A stretch of 60,943 nt of DNA from an uncultured Candidatus Saccharibacteria bacterium (GCA_964639185.1 CAZXCN010000005.1:1-60943); one strand, 5' to 3'; shown: positions 16,833 through 27,795, counted from the stretch's first letter. Notes: generated by a model not told the origin, from the letters alone. Numbers and translations: made by a program.

Positions 16833-19808
16833 ATGTATATGATAAATCGTGTATATGTCGCACCGAAAATATCTGACAGCAGGGGCAATGTCCTCTGTAA
16901 ATCTTTCAATACACTTGGCTTAAAATCTAAAGTTACAAATATAGAAGTTATCGACTCGTACTTGATAGATGCAAAATTTACAGATATAGAGCTTGATGCT
17001 ATCGGCTCACTTCTTACAAACAAGAACCTAGAGTCTTACTCTATCAACACTATGCCTGATCTATCAGGCTTTTCTTATATATTAGAAGTAGGTTATGCGC
17101 CAGGTGTTACAGACAATGTAGCTCGTACAGTGATAGAGGAAATATCCGAAACATTCAAGAAACCATTTGTAGGTAGCGATGCTGTCTACACTTCCAAAGT
17201 TTATCTACTTGCTGGCAAGTTGAATATCGAAGATGTAAATAAGATAGCTCAGGCTAGCCACAACTCTTTGATCGAGCGTGCTCGTATTCTATTAATAGAT
17301 AAAATAAATAATAAAAATAATTTCAATCTACCACTCGAAGTGCCAGCGGTTATATTGCCAAAGAAGAAGAGTGTGATAGATGTATCTTTAAATATATCTG
17401 ACGAAGAGTTGATAAACATAGGCAAGCAGGGGATCATGGATCAGAGTGGTTCAAGGCGTGGCCCATTGGCATTGGACTTGGAGAGCATGAAAGTGATACA
17501 GAAATATTTTAAAGGTTTGAATCGCAAGCCAACAGATATTGAGCTTGAGAGTTTGGCTCAAACATGGAGCGAGCACTGCAAACATACAATATTTGCCAAC
17601 CCAATAGATGATATCAAAGATGGTTTGTATAAAACTTATATAAAAGGTGCCACAAATAAAATCCGTAAAGATATGGGCAAGAAGGATTTCTGTGTTTCAG
17701 TATTTTCCGATAATGCAGGAGGTATAGTGTTTGATAATAAATATCTGGTAACTCATAAAGTTGAGACTCACAATAGTCCTTCGGCGTTGGATCCATTTGG
17801 TGGGGCTATTACAGGAATAGTGGGTGTAAACCGCGACACTATTGGATTTGGCCTCGGTGCAAAGCCTGTAGCAAACATGTATGGATACTGTTTTGGTGAC
17901 CCATACGATACACGCCCACTTTATCGTGATAAAAACAAGACAATAAAAATGCTACCTTCAAAAAGAATCATGGACGGTGTGATCAAAGGGGTAAATGTTG
18001 GAGGCAACTGTTCTGGTATACCAACAACAACAGGGTTCGTACGATACGATGATAGATTTCGTGGCAAGCCACTTGTGTTCGTAGGTACAGTCGGTTTAAT
18101 TCCTAAAAAAGTAAATGGTAAAAATTCTTGGGAGAAGCAAGCACAAAAAGGTGACTATATAGTAGTAGTAGGTGGTAGGGTTGGTGCTGATGGAATCCAT
18201 GGTGCCACATTTTCTTCGGTAGTGATGGATTCATCTAGCCCTGCGACAGCAGTACAAATAGGTGACCCAATAACTCAAAAGAAGTTGAGTGATGTAATAG
18301 TCAAAGAGGCTCGTGATATGGATTTGTATAATAGTATCACTGACAATGGCGCAGGTGGGATATCTTGCTCGGTTGCTGAGATGGCCAAAGAATCAGGAGG
18401 TGCAATTGTAGATATTGATAAAGTTCCTACAAAATACCTAGGTCTTACACCTTGGGAAATATGGATATCAGAATCACAAGAGCGCATGACTCTTGCAATA
18501 CCAAAATCAAAATGGAAAGAATTTAATAATCTGATGGAGAGTCGTGGTGTAGAGGCTGTAGTTATAGGCGAGTTTACAAATAGTAAACACTGCGTTGTTC
18601 GGAATGACGGAAAAATAATAATGGATATCGAGATGGAATTCTTGCACAACGGACTTCCAAAAACAAAATTAGAAAGTGTTGAGAATAAAAAATTCCATAA
18701 AGAACCAAAACTTCCAAACACAATAAATAGAACAAAAGAATTTATTGATTTAATAAAAGGCAAGAACGTTGCCGGCTATTCAAATATATCTACTCAATAT
18801 GACCATGAAGTGCAGGCGGGTTCGGTGGTGAAGCCACTGGAAGGCAAGGGTAGTATCAATACCGATGCTCAAGTTATCCGCCCAGTATTGGCAAGCGAGC
18901 GTGGAGTTGTATTGTCATACGGATTGTACCCATCGTATTCCGATATCGATACATACCACATGGCACTTGCTTCACTTGATACTGCTATACGCAATAATGT
19001 AGCTGTAGGTGGTGCTATGAATCATATGGCAATACTCGATAATTTCTGTTGGTGTTCATCGTATGATCAGGCTCGGCTTTATGAATTGGTGCGTGCAGTG
19101 CAGGCTTGTTACGATGGGGCGGTGGGTTACAGTGCACCACTTATATCTGGTAAGGATAGCATGTTCAATGATTTCAAAGGTTATGATGAGAATGGAAATT
19201 TCACTGCTATATCCATACCACCGACATTACTCGTGTCATCTATTAGTGTAATACCTGATATAAATAAAGTTGTAACTCCTGAATTCAAATACGCTGGCGA
19301 CACTGTATATCTAATAGGCGAGACTCATGATGAACTAGGGGCAAGCGAGTATTATATAAATAAATACGGCAAGAGTGGTGCTATAGGCAACAATGTTCCA
19401 CAAGTGAATATAAAAAATAATTTGAAAACTTATAAAGCTCTTGAAAGTGTAATTAGTAAAGAATTGATTGCATCATCTATATCGGTAAATTCCGGAGGCT
19501 TGGCCGTAGCTCTTGCTCGTGCAAGTGTCGGTGGTATGCTCGGTATTAATGTGGACTTGAAAAATTTATCAGGTACATCTTCCCACATAGACGCGAAACT
19601 ATTTTCAGAAAGTCAGGGCCGAATTGTGGTAAGTGTAGCAAAGAATAATATGATTGCATTTGAAAAAATGATGAAGGGTGTATCAATTACAAAGTTAGGA
19701 ACTGTCGGTGGTAAGAATATTGTAATAAAGAATGGTCGTGAAAAGGTTGTTGACACAACAGTTATAAAATTATCAGATGTATATCATAACCTAGCAAAGA
19801 AATTATAA
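16833..19808 (+). CDS. purL: FGAM synthase synthetase subunit PurL with a ~200-aa N-terminal (PurS-like?) extension
   Basis: SEHCKHTIF, two AIR-synthase-like repeats (GAITGIVGVNRD, DNGAGGISC). 991 aa, against about 740 for stand-alone PurL. No separate purS ORF in the cluster. Confidence 0.85.
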   Translation: MYMINRVYVAPKISDSRGNVLCKSFNTLGLKSKVTNIEVIDSYLIDAKFTDIELDAIGSLLTNKNLESYSINTMPDLSGFSYILEVGYAPGVTDNVARTVIEEISETFKKPFVGSDAVYTSKVYLLAGKLNIEDVNKIAQASHNSLIERARILLIDKINNKNNFNLPLEVPAVILPKKKSVIDVSLNISDEELINIGKQGIMDQSGSRRGPLALDLESMKVIQKYFKGLNRKPTDIELESLAQTWSEHCKHTIFANPIDDIKDGLYKTYIKGATNKIRKDMGKKDFCVSVFSDNAGGIVFDNKYLVTHKVETHNSPSALDPFGGAITGIVGVNRDTIGFGLGAKPVANMYGYCFGDPYDTRPLYRDKNKTIKMLPSKRIMDGVIKGVNVGGNCSGIPTTTGFVRYDDRFRGKPLVFVGTVGLIPKKVNGKNSWEKQAQKGDYIVVVGGRVGADGIHGATFSSVVMDSSSPATAVQIGDPITQKKLSDVIVKEARDMDLYNSITDNGAGGISCSVAEMAKESGGAIVDIDKVPTKYLGLTPWEIWISESQERMTLAIPKSKWKEFNNLMESRGVEAVVIGEFTNSKHCVVRNDGKIIMDIEMEFLHNGLPKTKLESVENKKFHKEPKLPNTINRTKEFIDLIKGKNVAGYSNISTQYDHEVQAGSVVKPLEGKGSINTDAQVIRPVLASERGVVLSYGLYPSYSDIDTYHMALASLDTAIRNNVAVGGAMNHMAILDNFCWCSSYDQARLYELVRAVQACYDGAVGYSAPLISGKDSMFNDFKGYDENGNFTAISIPPTLLVSSISVIPDINKVVTPEFKYAGDTVYLIGETHDELGASEYYINKYGKSGAIGNNVPQVNIKNNLKTYKALESVISKELIASSISVNSGGLAVALARASVGGMLGINVDLKNLSGTSSHIDAKLFSESQGRIVVSVAKNNMIAFEKMMKGVSITKLGTVGGKNIVIKNGREKVVDTTVIKLSDVYHNLAKKL

Positions 19809-20626
19809 TGAAAAAGAAACAGCCAAAAATTTTAGTGCTAGCAGGGTATGGTATCAACTGCGAAGAGGAGACCAAGTTTGCTTTTGAGCTTGCAGGTGGC
19901 CGTGCTGATATAGTGCATATCAATGACCTGATCAAGAAACCAAAGATAATGGAACAGTATGACATCATGGCATTTCCTGGAGGATTTTCATATGGCGATG
20001 ATACCGGTTCCGGTAAGGTTTTTGCAAACAAATTCCGTAATCATTTACAAAAGGAACTCGATGCATTTATTGCTGCCGATACTTTGATTATTGGTATTTG
20101 TAATGGATTCCAGATTATTACAGCACTGGGTATCGTGCCTGGAGCTCTGGCTCATAACAAGAGTGCGCAGTATATAGATAGGTGGGTGGATGTTGAAGTA
20201 AAAGGTTCAAGCCCATGGTTAAAAGGTATAAAGAAGATATCGCTACCTATCGCTCATGGTGAAGGCCGATACATAATAGAAAAGAAGGAGTATAATACTA
20301 TGGTTGCCAACAAGCAGACCCGCCTGCCATCGCCTGAAGCCGAAGGTAATGGCGGGCAGGTTGCGTTTGTATATACAAAAGGTGAGATATGTAATTTTCA
20401 GAATTTAGAGGCTAACCCAAATGGTGCAATGCATGATATAGCAGGGGTTACTTCGAATAATGGTAGAATACTAGGGTTGATGCCACACCCAGAGCGTGCA
20501 ATATTTACACATCATTCACCAATGTGGCAGATCAAGAAAGAGGAGGCAAAAAGAAAAGGACATAAGCTTGAAAAATATAGTAACAGTCTAACTTTATTCA
20601 AAAACGCAATTAATTATTTTAAATAA
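19808..20626 (+). CDS. purQ: FGAM synthase glutaminase subunit PurQ
   Basis: GICNGFQ nucleophile elbow and MPHPER His/Glu context. Contains a ~45-aa insertion relative to typical PurQ length. Confidence 0.85.
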   Translation: MKKKQPKILVLAGYGINCEEETKFAFELAGGRADIVHINDLIKKPKIMEQYDIMAFPGGFSYGDDTGSGKVFANKFRNHLQKELDAFIAADTLIIGICNGFQIITALGIVPGALAHNKSAQYIDRWVDVEVKGSSPWLKGIKKISLPIAHGEGRYIIEKKEYNTMVANKQTRLPSPEAEGNGGQVAFVYTKGEICNFQNLEANPNGAMHDIAGVTSNNGRILGLMPHPERAIFTHHSPMWQIKKEEAKRKGHKLEKYSNSLTLFKNAINYFK

Positions 20627-20629
20627 TAA

Positions 20630-22030
20630 ATGGAACACCTAAAAGAAAAATGTGGAATTGTCGGAATTTACGGAAGGGAATTATCTTTGGCTCGATTAGC
20701 ATTTTTTTCTTTGTTTGCATTACAACATCGTGGTCAGGAAGCATCGGGTATAACTACAAGTGATGGTAATGATTTATACACTCATAAAGGTGTGGGATTA
20801 GTGTCCGGTGTTTATACAGAAGATGATATTGAAAAATTGATAGGACATATTGGGATAGGTCACAATCGATATTCAACTTCAGGTGGTGGGGCTCTCGACC
20901 ATGCGCAACCAGTGCTTGGTATTGGTGGTAATTTTGCATTAGCACACAATGGCAACTTGCCAAGCGTATTAAAGCTTCAGGAATTTTTGAAATCTAAAAA
21001 TGTTTTAAAAGATAATCGGTCTGATTCTGAATATATTGCTGATGCTGTAGAATTTTATTTGAATGAAGGTATGAGCTTACCTGATTCTGTAAAAAAAGTA
21101 TTTCCACTCATGACTGGAGCATTTGCTATAACAATGATGACAAAGGATACAATGATTGCTGTACGGGATTCTTATGGTATGCGCCCACTTACACTAGGGC
21201 AGATAGATGATGGTAGTTATATGGTAGCTTCAGAAACTTGTGCTATTAAAACTGTCGGTGCAAAAGTATTGCGTGATGTTACCCCTGGTGAAATGCTTGT
21301 ATTTAGTGATAGTGGTATGGAGAGTATTATTTTAGCACCTGCTACACCGAAGCATGATATATTTGAATACGTTTATTTTGCTCGTCCTGATTCTGTGATG
21401 AACGGTAAATTAGTCTATGAAGTTCGCAAGAATTTTGGTATTGAGCTTGCTCGTGAATACAAGATTGACGTAGATATGATTGTGCCAGTTCCTGACACTG
21501 CTATGTCTGTTGCAATAGGTTATGCACAAGAGTCTGGTATACCTATAGAGATGGCATTGATCAAGAACCGTTACGTACACCGAACATTTATTGAACCTAC
21601 TCAGAAGTCACGCGAGCATTCTGTTGCACTTAAATTAATTCCTATGCCCGAAGTATTGAGTGGTAAGAGGGTTGCTGTGATCGATGACTCTATTGTGCGA
21701 GGTACAACTAGCAAGAAGTTGGTAGAAAACTTATTTAAATCAGGTGCAAAAGAAGTTCACTTTCTTGTATCTTCACCTGCTGTGAAGTTCCCAGACTTTT
21801 ATGGTATTGATACTCCAAAGCAAGCCGACCTTATTGCTTCACATAAAACAGTGGAGGAGATTCGTGAATATTTAGGGGCTACGACACTACACTATTTGTC
21901 ACTGGATGGATTGGTGCGTGCTGTGGGTATACCAGCCGAGAATTTATCTACATCATTCTTTACTGGCGAGTATCCGATAGATATATTAGAGAGGAAGGCC
22001 GAGGTTAGTTATGATGTACCGAATGAATAA
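20630..22030 (+). CDS. purF: amidophosphoribosyltransferase
   Basis: Ntn Cys in KCGIVGIYG, RGQEASGI, and PRTase loop VIDDSIVRGTT. Confidence 0.95.
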   Translation: MEHLKEKCGIVGIYGRELSLARLAFFSLFALQHRGQEASGITTSDGNDLYTHKGVGLVSGVYTEDDIEKLIGHIGIGHNRYSTSGGGALDHAQPVLGIGGNFALAHNGNLPSVLKLQEFLKSKNVLKDNRSDSEYIADAVEFYLNEGMSLPDSVKKVFPLMTGAFAITMMTKDTMIAVRDSYGMRPLTLGQIDDGSYMVASETCAIKTVGAKVLRDVTPGEMLVFSDSGMESIILAPATPKHDIFEYVYFARPDSVMNGKLVYEVRKNFGIELAREYKIDVDMIVPVPDTAMSVAIGYAQESGIPIEMALIKNRYVHRTFIEPTQKSREHSVALKLIPMPEVLSGKRVAVIDDSIVRGTTSKKLVENLFKSGAKEVHFLVSSPAVKFPDFYGIDTPKQADLIASHKTVEEIREYLGATTLHYLSLDGLVRAVGIPAENLSTSFFTGEYPIDILERKAEVSYDVPNE

Positions 22031-22040
22031 TAAAAAAAAT

Positions 22041-22637
22041 ATGAAATTAGCAATTCTTATTTCAAATGCTGGTACTGGCACAAACTTGCAATCAATAATT
22101 GACGCAGTAGAAAGTGGTAACCTGAATGCAGAAATCTGTGCTGTGGTTTCTGACAAGGAGGAGAGTCAAGGTCTTGAAAGGGCAAGAAAGCATAATCTGC
22201 GTATAGAAATATGTCCAAAGAAAGAAGATCTTAAATCTCTTTTGGAAAAATTGGCTCCAGATTATATTTGTCTTGCTGGTTGGAAACAAATAATTGTGGA
22301 CGAAGTAATACTTGCGTTCGAGAATAAAATATTGAATCTGCACCCAGGAATTATTCCAGACACATTGGATGGTGAAATAAAAAACCCAGATGATACAAAA
22401 GCTTTTTGGAATAAAGGAATGCTGACTGATAAAGCAATACAAAACTTTCTAGATAATAAATGTACTTATGCTGGTTCATCAATACACTTTTTGACACTCG
22501 ATTTTGACTTTGGTCCTGTTTTAGGTAGAACGTTTGAGAAGGTTGAAAGTGATGATGATGTGGAATCTTTATATACAAGACTAAAGAAAAAAGAAAATCA
22601 ATTATATGTTGAAGTTTTAAAAAATTTATGCAAATAA
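22041..22637 (+). CDS. purN: phosphoribosylglycinamide formyltransferase
   Basis: KLAILISNAGTGTNLQSI, LAGW...ILNLHPG motif. ATG at 22041 preferred, just after the purF stop. Confidence 0.85.
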   Translation: MKLAILISNAGTGTNLQSIIDAVESGNLNAEICAVVSDKEESQGLERARKHNLRIEICPKKEDLKSLLEKLAPDYICLAGWKQIIVDEVILAFENKILNLHPGIIPDTLDGEIKNPDDTKAFWNKGMLTDKAIQNFLDNKCTYAGSSIHFLTLDFDFGPVLGRTFEKVESDDDVESLYTRLKKKENQLYVEVLKNLCK

Positions 22638-23923
22638 ATAAACAGAAGATATTGATAATAGGCGCTGGTGGTAGGGAACATGCCATAGGTTGGAAGGTTG
22701 CGCAGTCTCCAAGGGCTGGGCAGATATATTTTACACCGGGCAATGCTGGTACAGCTGTTATTGGTATTAATGTTGGTATCAAGGCAACAGACATACAAGG
22801 GCTTCTTGAATTTGCTAAAAAAGAAAATATAGATGTAACGCTCGCTATCCCCGATGACCCACTAGCATTGGGTATCGTGGATCTTTTCCGTGAAGCGGGC
22901 TTGCGAATATTTGGCCCGACAAAGGCGGCTGCCCAATTGGAATCCTCAAAAGCATTTTCAAAGAAGTTCATGCAAACTCATAATCTGCCTACTGCAAAGT
23001 TCGCTACTTTTACAGACTTTAATATGGCAAAAGAATATTTAAATAAACAAAGTGTTCCGATCGTGGTGAAGGCTTCGGGCTTGGCACTTGGCAAGGGGGT
23101 GATAATTGCCGAGACTTTAGATGAAGCAAATGAAGCGTTGGAGAATATGATGGTGAAGAAAGTTTTCGGTGAAGCGGGTAGTGAAGTGGTGATAGAGGAG
23201 TTCATGATAGGTCCGGAAGTTTCTACTCACTGCTTCTCTGACGGAGTAACATACAAAGCTTTCCCAACAGCGCAGGATCACAAGAAGATTGGTGAGGGTG
23301 ATACGGGGCTTAATACTGGGGGTATGGGTACTATTGCACCTGTGCCATTTGTAGACGAAGGTTTGTTCGCCATGATCAAGAATACAATCATGTTGCCAAC
23401 ACTTGTGGGTATGGAACATGATAATAATAATTATGAAGGTGTTTTGTATCCAGGGTTGATGCTAACAAGTGATGGTCCGAAGATATTGGAATACAATGCG
23501 CGATTCGGTGACCCAGAGACTCAGAGTTATATGCGTTTACTTGATACTGATTTATTAGATATTGTCGATGCAGTTATTGATCATAAACTTGTGGAGTTAG
23601 AAATAAATTGGAAAGAAGGCTTTGCATGTACGATAGTCCTTGCATCTGGTGGCTACCCTGAGGATTATGAAAAGGGTAAATTGATAAGTGGTATTGATGA
23701 GGCCGAAATAGATAACGACATAATAGTATTTCATGCTGGAACAAAACTAAATGACAAAGGTGAATTGGTTACCAACGGTGGCCGAGTGTTAGGTGTGTCT
23801 GCAACAGGTGCAACACTTGAAGAAGCATTAACTAAAGCTTACAAAGCTTGTACTAAAATAAATTTCGAAGGTATATACTATCGAAAGGACATAGGCGAGA
23901 ATGCATTAGAAACAAAAATATAA
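22628..23923 (+). CDS. purD: phosphoribosylamine-glycine ligase
   Basis: ILIIGAGGREHAIGWK, ATP-grasp core, EYNARFGDPETQ. Confidence 0.95.
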   Translation: MQINKQKILIIGAGGREHAIGWKVAQSPRAGQIYFTPGNAGTAVIGINVGIKATDIQGLLEFAKKENIDVTLAIPDDPLALGIVDLFREAGLRIFGPTKAAAQLESSKAFSKKFMQTHNLPTAKFATFTDFNMAKEYLNKQSVPIVVKASGLALGKGVIIAETLDEANEALENMMVKKVFGEAGSEVVIEEFMIGPEVSTHCFSDGVTYKAFPTAQDHKKIGEGDTGLNTGGMGTIAPVPFVDEGLFAMIKNTIMLPTLVGMEHDNNNYEGVLYPGLMLTSDGPKILEYNARFGDPETQSYMRLLDTDLLDIVDAVIDHKLVELEINWKEGFACTIVLASGGYPEDYEKGKLISGIDEAEIDNDIIVFHAGTKLNDKGELVTNGGRVLGVSATGATLEEALTKAYKACTKINFEGIYYRKDIGENALETKI

Positions 23924-23925
23924 TT

Positions 23926-25056
23926 ATGGAAAATCAAAAAACAATCGGGATAGTTGGGGGAGGGCAGTTGGGCAAGATGCTAGCGTCAGGGGCGCATAGG
24001 CTTGGTTTGCGTGTGGTGGTTCTAGATCCAACCGAGAATTGCCCAGCATCATATGTAGCCGACGAGCAGATTATTGGAAGTTTCAAAGACAAGGACAAGA
24101 TACTGGAACTTGCACAAGTGGCAGACTATATAACATTTGAAATAGAGTCGGCCAATGCAGATGCGCTCGACGAGCTCGTCGCTCGTGACTTACCTGTGCA
24201 CCCAAACCCATTGATACTAAAAATAATCAAAGACAAGTTCGAGCAGAAGGTGTACCTGACCAATCACAATATCCCCGTTGCCGAATTTGCTATGGTGACT
24301 AATAAAGACGATGCATTGAAGCAGGGTGAAATATTTGGTTACCCATTCCTACTAAAGGCACGCTTTGATGCGTACGATGGGCGTGGTAACTTTGTTGTAA
24401 AGAGTGAGGTGGATATCGATGAAGCTTTTGAAAAGTTAAAAAATAGTATTCTGTATGCCGAGAAGTTTGTACCTTTTGTAAAGGAACTGGCTGTGGTGTC
24501 TGCACGCGATATGTTCGGCAAGATAGTTTCGTATCCAGTGGTAGAGACAGTGCATAAGAATAATATCTGTCATATTGTTCGATCTCCAGCACCTGTAGAT
24601 GATGAAGTAAAAGGCAAGGCTCAAGACTTGGCACAACAAGTTCTAGATGCACTTTCTTTTGTGGGAGTGTGCGCGGTGGAAATGTTCCTGACCGCTGATG
24701 GTGAAGTATTTGTAAACGAGATAGCACCAAGGGTCCACAATTCGGGCCACCACACTATTGAAGCTTTCAATATGTCGCAATTCGAAGCGCACATACGTGC
24801 TGTCACAGGTATGCACCTGCTCGATATTGAACCTGTTAGTGACTATGCTGTAATGGTGAATATACTTGGCGAGCGTGATGGCGAGGTTCTTTTAAAGGCG
24901 GATTATGTTCACTCAGACGGGAATGCAAACGTCCATATTTATGGTAAACTGGAAACACGCAAGGAGAGGAAGATGGGCCATATTACAGCCCTTGCTGACA
25001 CATTGGAAGAGGCAGAAGAGAGGGCATTGAATGCTAGAAGGAATATTGAAATTTAA
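23926..25056 (+). CDS. purK: N5-carboxyaminoimidazole ribonucleotide synthase
   Basis: IGIVGGGQLGKM, ATP-grasp, NEIAPRVHNSGHHT, RKMGHIT. Confidence 0.9.
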   Translation: MENQKTIGIVGGGQLGKMLASGAHRLGLRVVVLDPTENCPASYVADEQIIGSFKDKDKILELAQVADYITFEIESANADALDELVARDLPVHPNPLILKIIKDKFEQKVYLTNHNIPVAEFAMVTNKDDALKQGEIFGYPFLLKARFDAYDGRGNFVVKSEVDIDEAFEKLKNSILYAEKFVPFVKELAVVSARDMFGKIVSYPVVETVHKNNICHIVRSPAPVDDEVKGKAQDLAQQVLDALSFVGVCAVEMFLTADGEVFVNEIAPRVHNSGHHTIEAFNMSQFEAHIRAVTGMHLLDIEPVSDYAVMVNILGERDGEVLLKADYVHSDGNANVHIYGKLETRKERKMGHITALADTLEEAEERALNARRNIEI

Positions 25057-25063
25057 ATCTCGC

Positions 25064-25087
25064 TTCGTAAAATAGCTCCTCTCACAG
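25064..25087 (+). repeat. 24-nt exact repeat, copy 1 (TTCGTAAAATAGCTCCTCTCACAG), 5' arm of a long hairpin
   Basis: Identical 24-mer at 27772-27795. GTAAAATAG (25067-75) pairs with CTATTTTAC (25163-71). Confidence 0.8.
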
Positions 25088-25222
25088 GACACGCGTAAAA
25101 TTCTGGTGAATTTTCTGCTCTGCTCGGCCTCAGTCAGGCCTGCGCAAGTTCCTGCTCAAGGACTATTTTACTCCGCTCGATTTTATGGAATAAAATCAAT
25201 AAAAAATTTTAAAAATAAAAAT

Positions 25223-25741
25223 ATGAAAAAAGTAAACGTATCAATAATAATGGGTTCCGATTCAGACTTGGGTGTGATGCAAGACGCAGGCAAAATACTT
25301 GCCGAGTTTAATGTGCCTTATGAGATCACTGTAGTATCTGCACACCGTACACCGGATGTGTTGGTGAAATATGCAGTAAAGGCCAAAGCCCGTGGAATCA
25401 AAGTGATCATTGCTGGTGCTGGTGGTGCTGCGCACTTGCCAGGTATGGTAGCTTCTATGACTACATTGCCTGTAATAGGTGTACCAATAAAAACAAAATC
25501 TATGGATGGTATAGATTCTTTATTATCTATAGTGCAGATGCCGCCAGGTGTACCAGTTGCAAGTGTGGCGGTGAATGGAGCAAAGAATGCAGGGCTACTT
25601 GCTTGCCAGATGTTGGCCATGTCGGATAAAAAGTTAGATAAAAAGATTTTTGATTACAAGGATAGTATGAATAAAGAGGTGAAGGGTAAAGCAAAGAAAT
25701 TATTAGACCAAGGTTACGAAGAATATTTAAAAAATATGTAA
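25223..25741 (+). CDS. purE: N5-CAIR mutase (class I PurE)
   Basis: [32 protein letters not shown] at 25223 preferred, because the upstream extension is intergenic repeat sequence. Confidence 0.9.
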   Translation: MKKVNVSIIMGSDSDLGVMQDAGKILAEFNVPYEITVVSAHRTPDVLVKYAVKAKARGIKVIIAGAGGAAHLPGMVASMTTLPVIGVPIKTKSMDGIDSLLSIVQMPPGVPVASVAVNGAKNAGLLACQMLAMSDKKLDKKIFDYKDSMNKEVKGKAKKLLDQGYEEYLKNM

Positions 25742-25744
25742 TTT

Positions 25745-26785
25745 ATGTCAGATTTATACACACAAGCGGGGGTAAATATTGATGCAGGGAATGAAGCAGT
25801 AAAGCTAATGAAGGGTAATGTTGCTAGTACCCATACGAGTGCTGTGCTGACAGGCATAGGTAGCTTCGGAGGGCTTTACGATTTGGGCGACATAATAAAG
25901 AATTATAAGCACCCAGTTTTGGTCCAGAGTATCGACGGTGTCGGTACAAAGCTTTCTGTTGCACGTATGATGAATAAATATGACACAGTAGGACAAGATA
26001 TAGTGAACCATTGTTGCGATGACTTGCTAGCCATGGGTGCCAAGTCATTAACATTTCTAGACTATGTTGCGCATGACAAACTCGACCCGATTGTAATGGC
26101 TGACATGGTTGCTGGTATGGCCAAGGCTTGTAGGGAAAATGGAGTGTCATTAATTGGTGGCGAGACAGCCGAGATGCCGGGTGTATATATGGCAGGTGAG
26201 CATGACATAGCAGGGTGTATAACAGGTGTAGTAGAGAAGGATGGTATAATCACAGGAGAGAGGATTGAAGAAGGTGATATCCTTATTGGCTTACCATCAT
26301 CGGGTTTGCACACTAATGGATTCTCTCTTGCGCGTAAAATATTATTCGATATCGCCGGTCATGATGTAAATACTGTTATTGATGAATTAGGTGAGAGTGT
26401 CGGGGAAGCATTATTAAAAGTGCATGTAAATTATTCTGTACCAGTTTTGGAAATGATTGCAAATGGAATAGACATTCGTGGTATTGCACATATAACAGGT
26501 GGAGGATTCATAGAAAACATTCCACGTGTGTTGCCAGAAAATCTTGATGCACAAATCAATCTAAATACTTGGCCAATGTTGCCAATATTCCCGTATATGC
26601 AAAAGGCAGGTAATGTAGAGCAGGCTGAAATGTATAGAGTATTTAATATGGGCATTGGTTTGATACTTGTTGTACCAAAAGGGGAATATGAAAAAATCGA
26701 AAATATTTTACAAAAATATCCAGAATTTAAAATGTACGAAATCGGCCAGATTATAAAAGGGGACGGCAAGGTTGTATTAAAGTAA
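25745..26785 (+). CDS. purM: AIR synthase
   Basis: SIDGVGTK, DLLAMGA, GGETAEMPG, SSGLHTNGFSLARK. Confidence 0.95.
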   Translation: MSDLYTQAGVNIDAGNEAVKLMKGNVASTHTSAVLTGIGSFGGLYDLGDIIKNYKHPVLVQSIDGVGTKLSVARMMNKYDTVGQDIVNHCCDDLLAMGAKSLTFLDYVAHDKLDPIVMADMVAGMAKACRENGVSLIGGETAEMPGVYMAGEHDIAGCITGVVEKDGIITGERIEEGDILIGLPSSGLHTNGFSLARKILFDIAGHDVNTVIDELGESVGEALLKVHVNYSVPVLEMIANGIDIRGIAHITGGGFIENIPRVLPENLDAQINLNTWPMLPIFPYMQKAGNVEQAEMYRVFNMGIGLILVVPKGEYEKIENILQKYPEFKMYEIGQIIKGDGKVVLK

Positions 26786-26815
26786 TATATCTATATAATC
26801 AAAATAAAATTTATT

Positions 26816-27778
26816 ATGGAAATAGAAACAATCACACAACATGTAGGAGATGTATTAAAAGGAACAGATTTGCAAGGCCTAGGTAAGAAGGTTGTAGGTA
26901 AAGTACGCGATATTTATATTGCTGATGATACTATTGCTCTTGTCTCTACTGACCGCCATTCATCATTCGACCGTATCATTGCGCACATACCTTTCAAAGG
27001 GGAAGTGCTAAATCAAATCAGTGCATGGTGGTTCGAGCAAACAAAAGATATTGTGCCGAATCATGTCGTATCTGTCCCAGACCCGGCTGTCCTTGTTGCA
27101 AAGAAGTTGACTCCACTACCTATCGAGGCTGTTATGCGTGGGTATCTGACTGGCACTACTAATACTTCGGTATGGACACATTACAAAGCTGGCAAGCGTG
27201 ATTTTGGTAATTTTATTTTGCCGGATGGTTTGCAAAAGAATTACAAGCTCGACAAGCCTGTATTTACCCCTTCTACAAAGAGCGATGATCATGATGTAAC
27301 CATTTCCCCACAAGACATGATTATGCAAGGTGTTATATCTAAAGAAGTTTTAGATAAGGTGGAAGATTATGCAACAGCACTTTTCCTGCGTGGGCAAGAA
27401 ATTGCACTCTCAAAAGGTTTGATCCTTGTGGATACAAAGTACGAGTTTGGTACTGATGAAAATGGTGAAATATATCTAATAGATGAGATTCATACTCCAG
27501 ATTCTTCACGATATTGGAAGGCTGGTACTTATCAGGAACGCATTGATGCAGGTGAAGAGCCTGAATATTTCGACAAAGAGTTTGTACGTATCTGGCTCAG
27601 TCAGCAGTGTGATCCATACACAGTAGAAGTTCTTCCAGAAATTCCAGCCGACATGGTGGCCGAACTTTCTCGCAGATATATTGAAATATACGAAACGCTA
27701 ACAGGTAAAGTCTTCGAACACGATTTTTCTATGTCATCTGTAGATCGTATAAAAATTAATTTGAAGATCATTTCGTAA
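26816..27778 (+). CDS. purC: SAICAR synthase (long form)
   Basis: GKVRDIY, VSTDRHSSFDR, LILVDTKYEFG, DEIHTPDSSRYW. Confidence 0.9.
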   Translation: MEIETITQHVGDVLKGTDLQGLGKKVVGKVRDIYIADDTIALVSTDRHSSFDRIIAHIPFKGEVLNQISAWWFEQTKDIVPNHVVSVPDPAVLVAKKLTPLPIEAVMRGYLTGTTNTSVWTHYKAGKRDFGNFILPDGLQKNYKLDKPVFTPSTKSDDHDVTISPQDMIMQGVISKEVLDKVEDYATALFLRGQEIALSKGLILVDTKYEFGTDENGEIYLIDEIHTPDSSRYWKAGTYQERIDAGEEPEYFDKEFVRIWLSQQCDPYTVEVLPEIPADMVAELSRRYIEIYETLTGKVFEHDFSMSSVDRIKINLKIIS

Positions 27779-27795
27779 AATAGCTCCTCTCACAG
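27772..27795 (+). repeat. 24-nt exact repeat, copy 2, overlapping the purC stop codon
   Basis: Identical to 25064-25087. GTAAAATA (27775-82) pairs with TATTTTAC (27799-806). Confidence 0.8.

Noticed and set aside
20290-20360. GC-rich ~45-aa insertion in PurQ (…NKQTRLPSPEAEGNGGQVAF…), considered as a possible inserted element or intein-like feature.
   Set aside because: It is in frame, short, and has no inverted repeats or intein motifs. It is most simply a lineage-specific loop.
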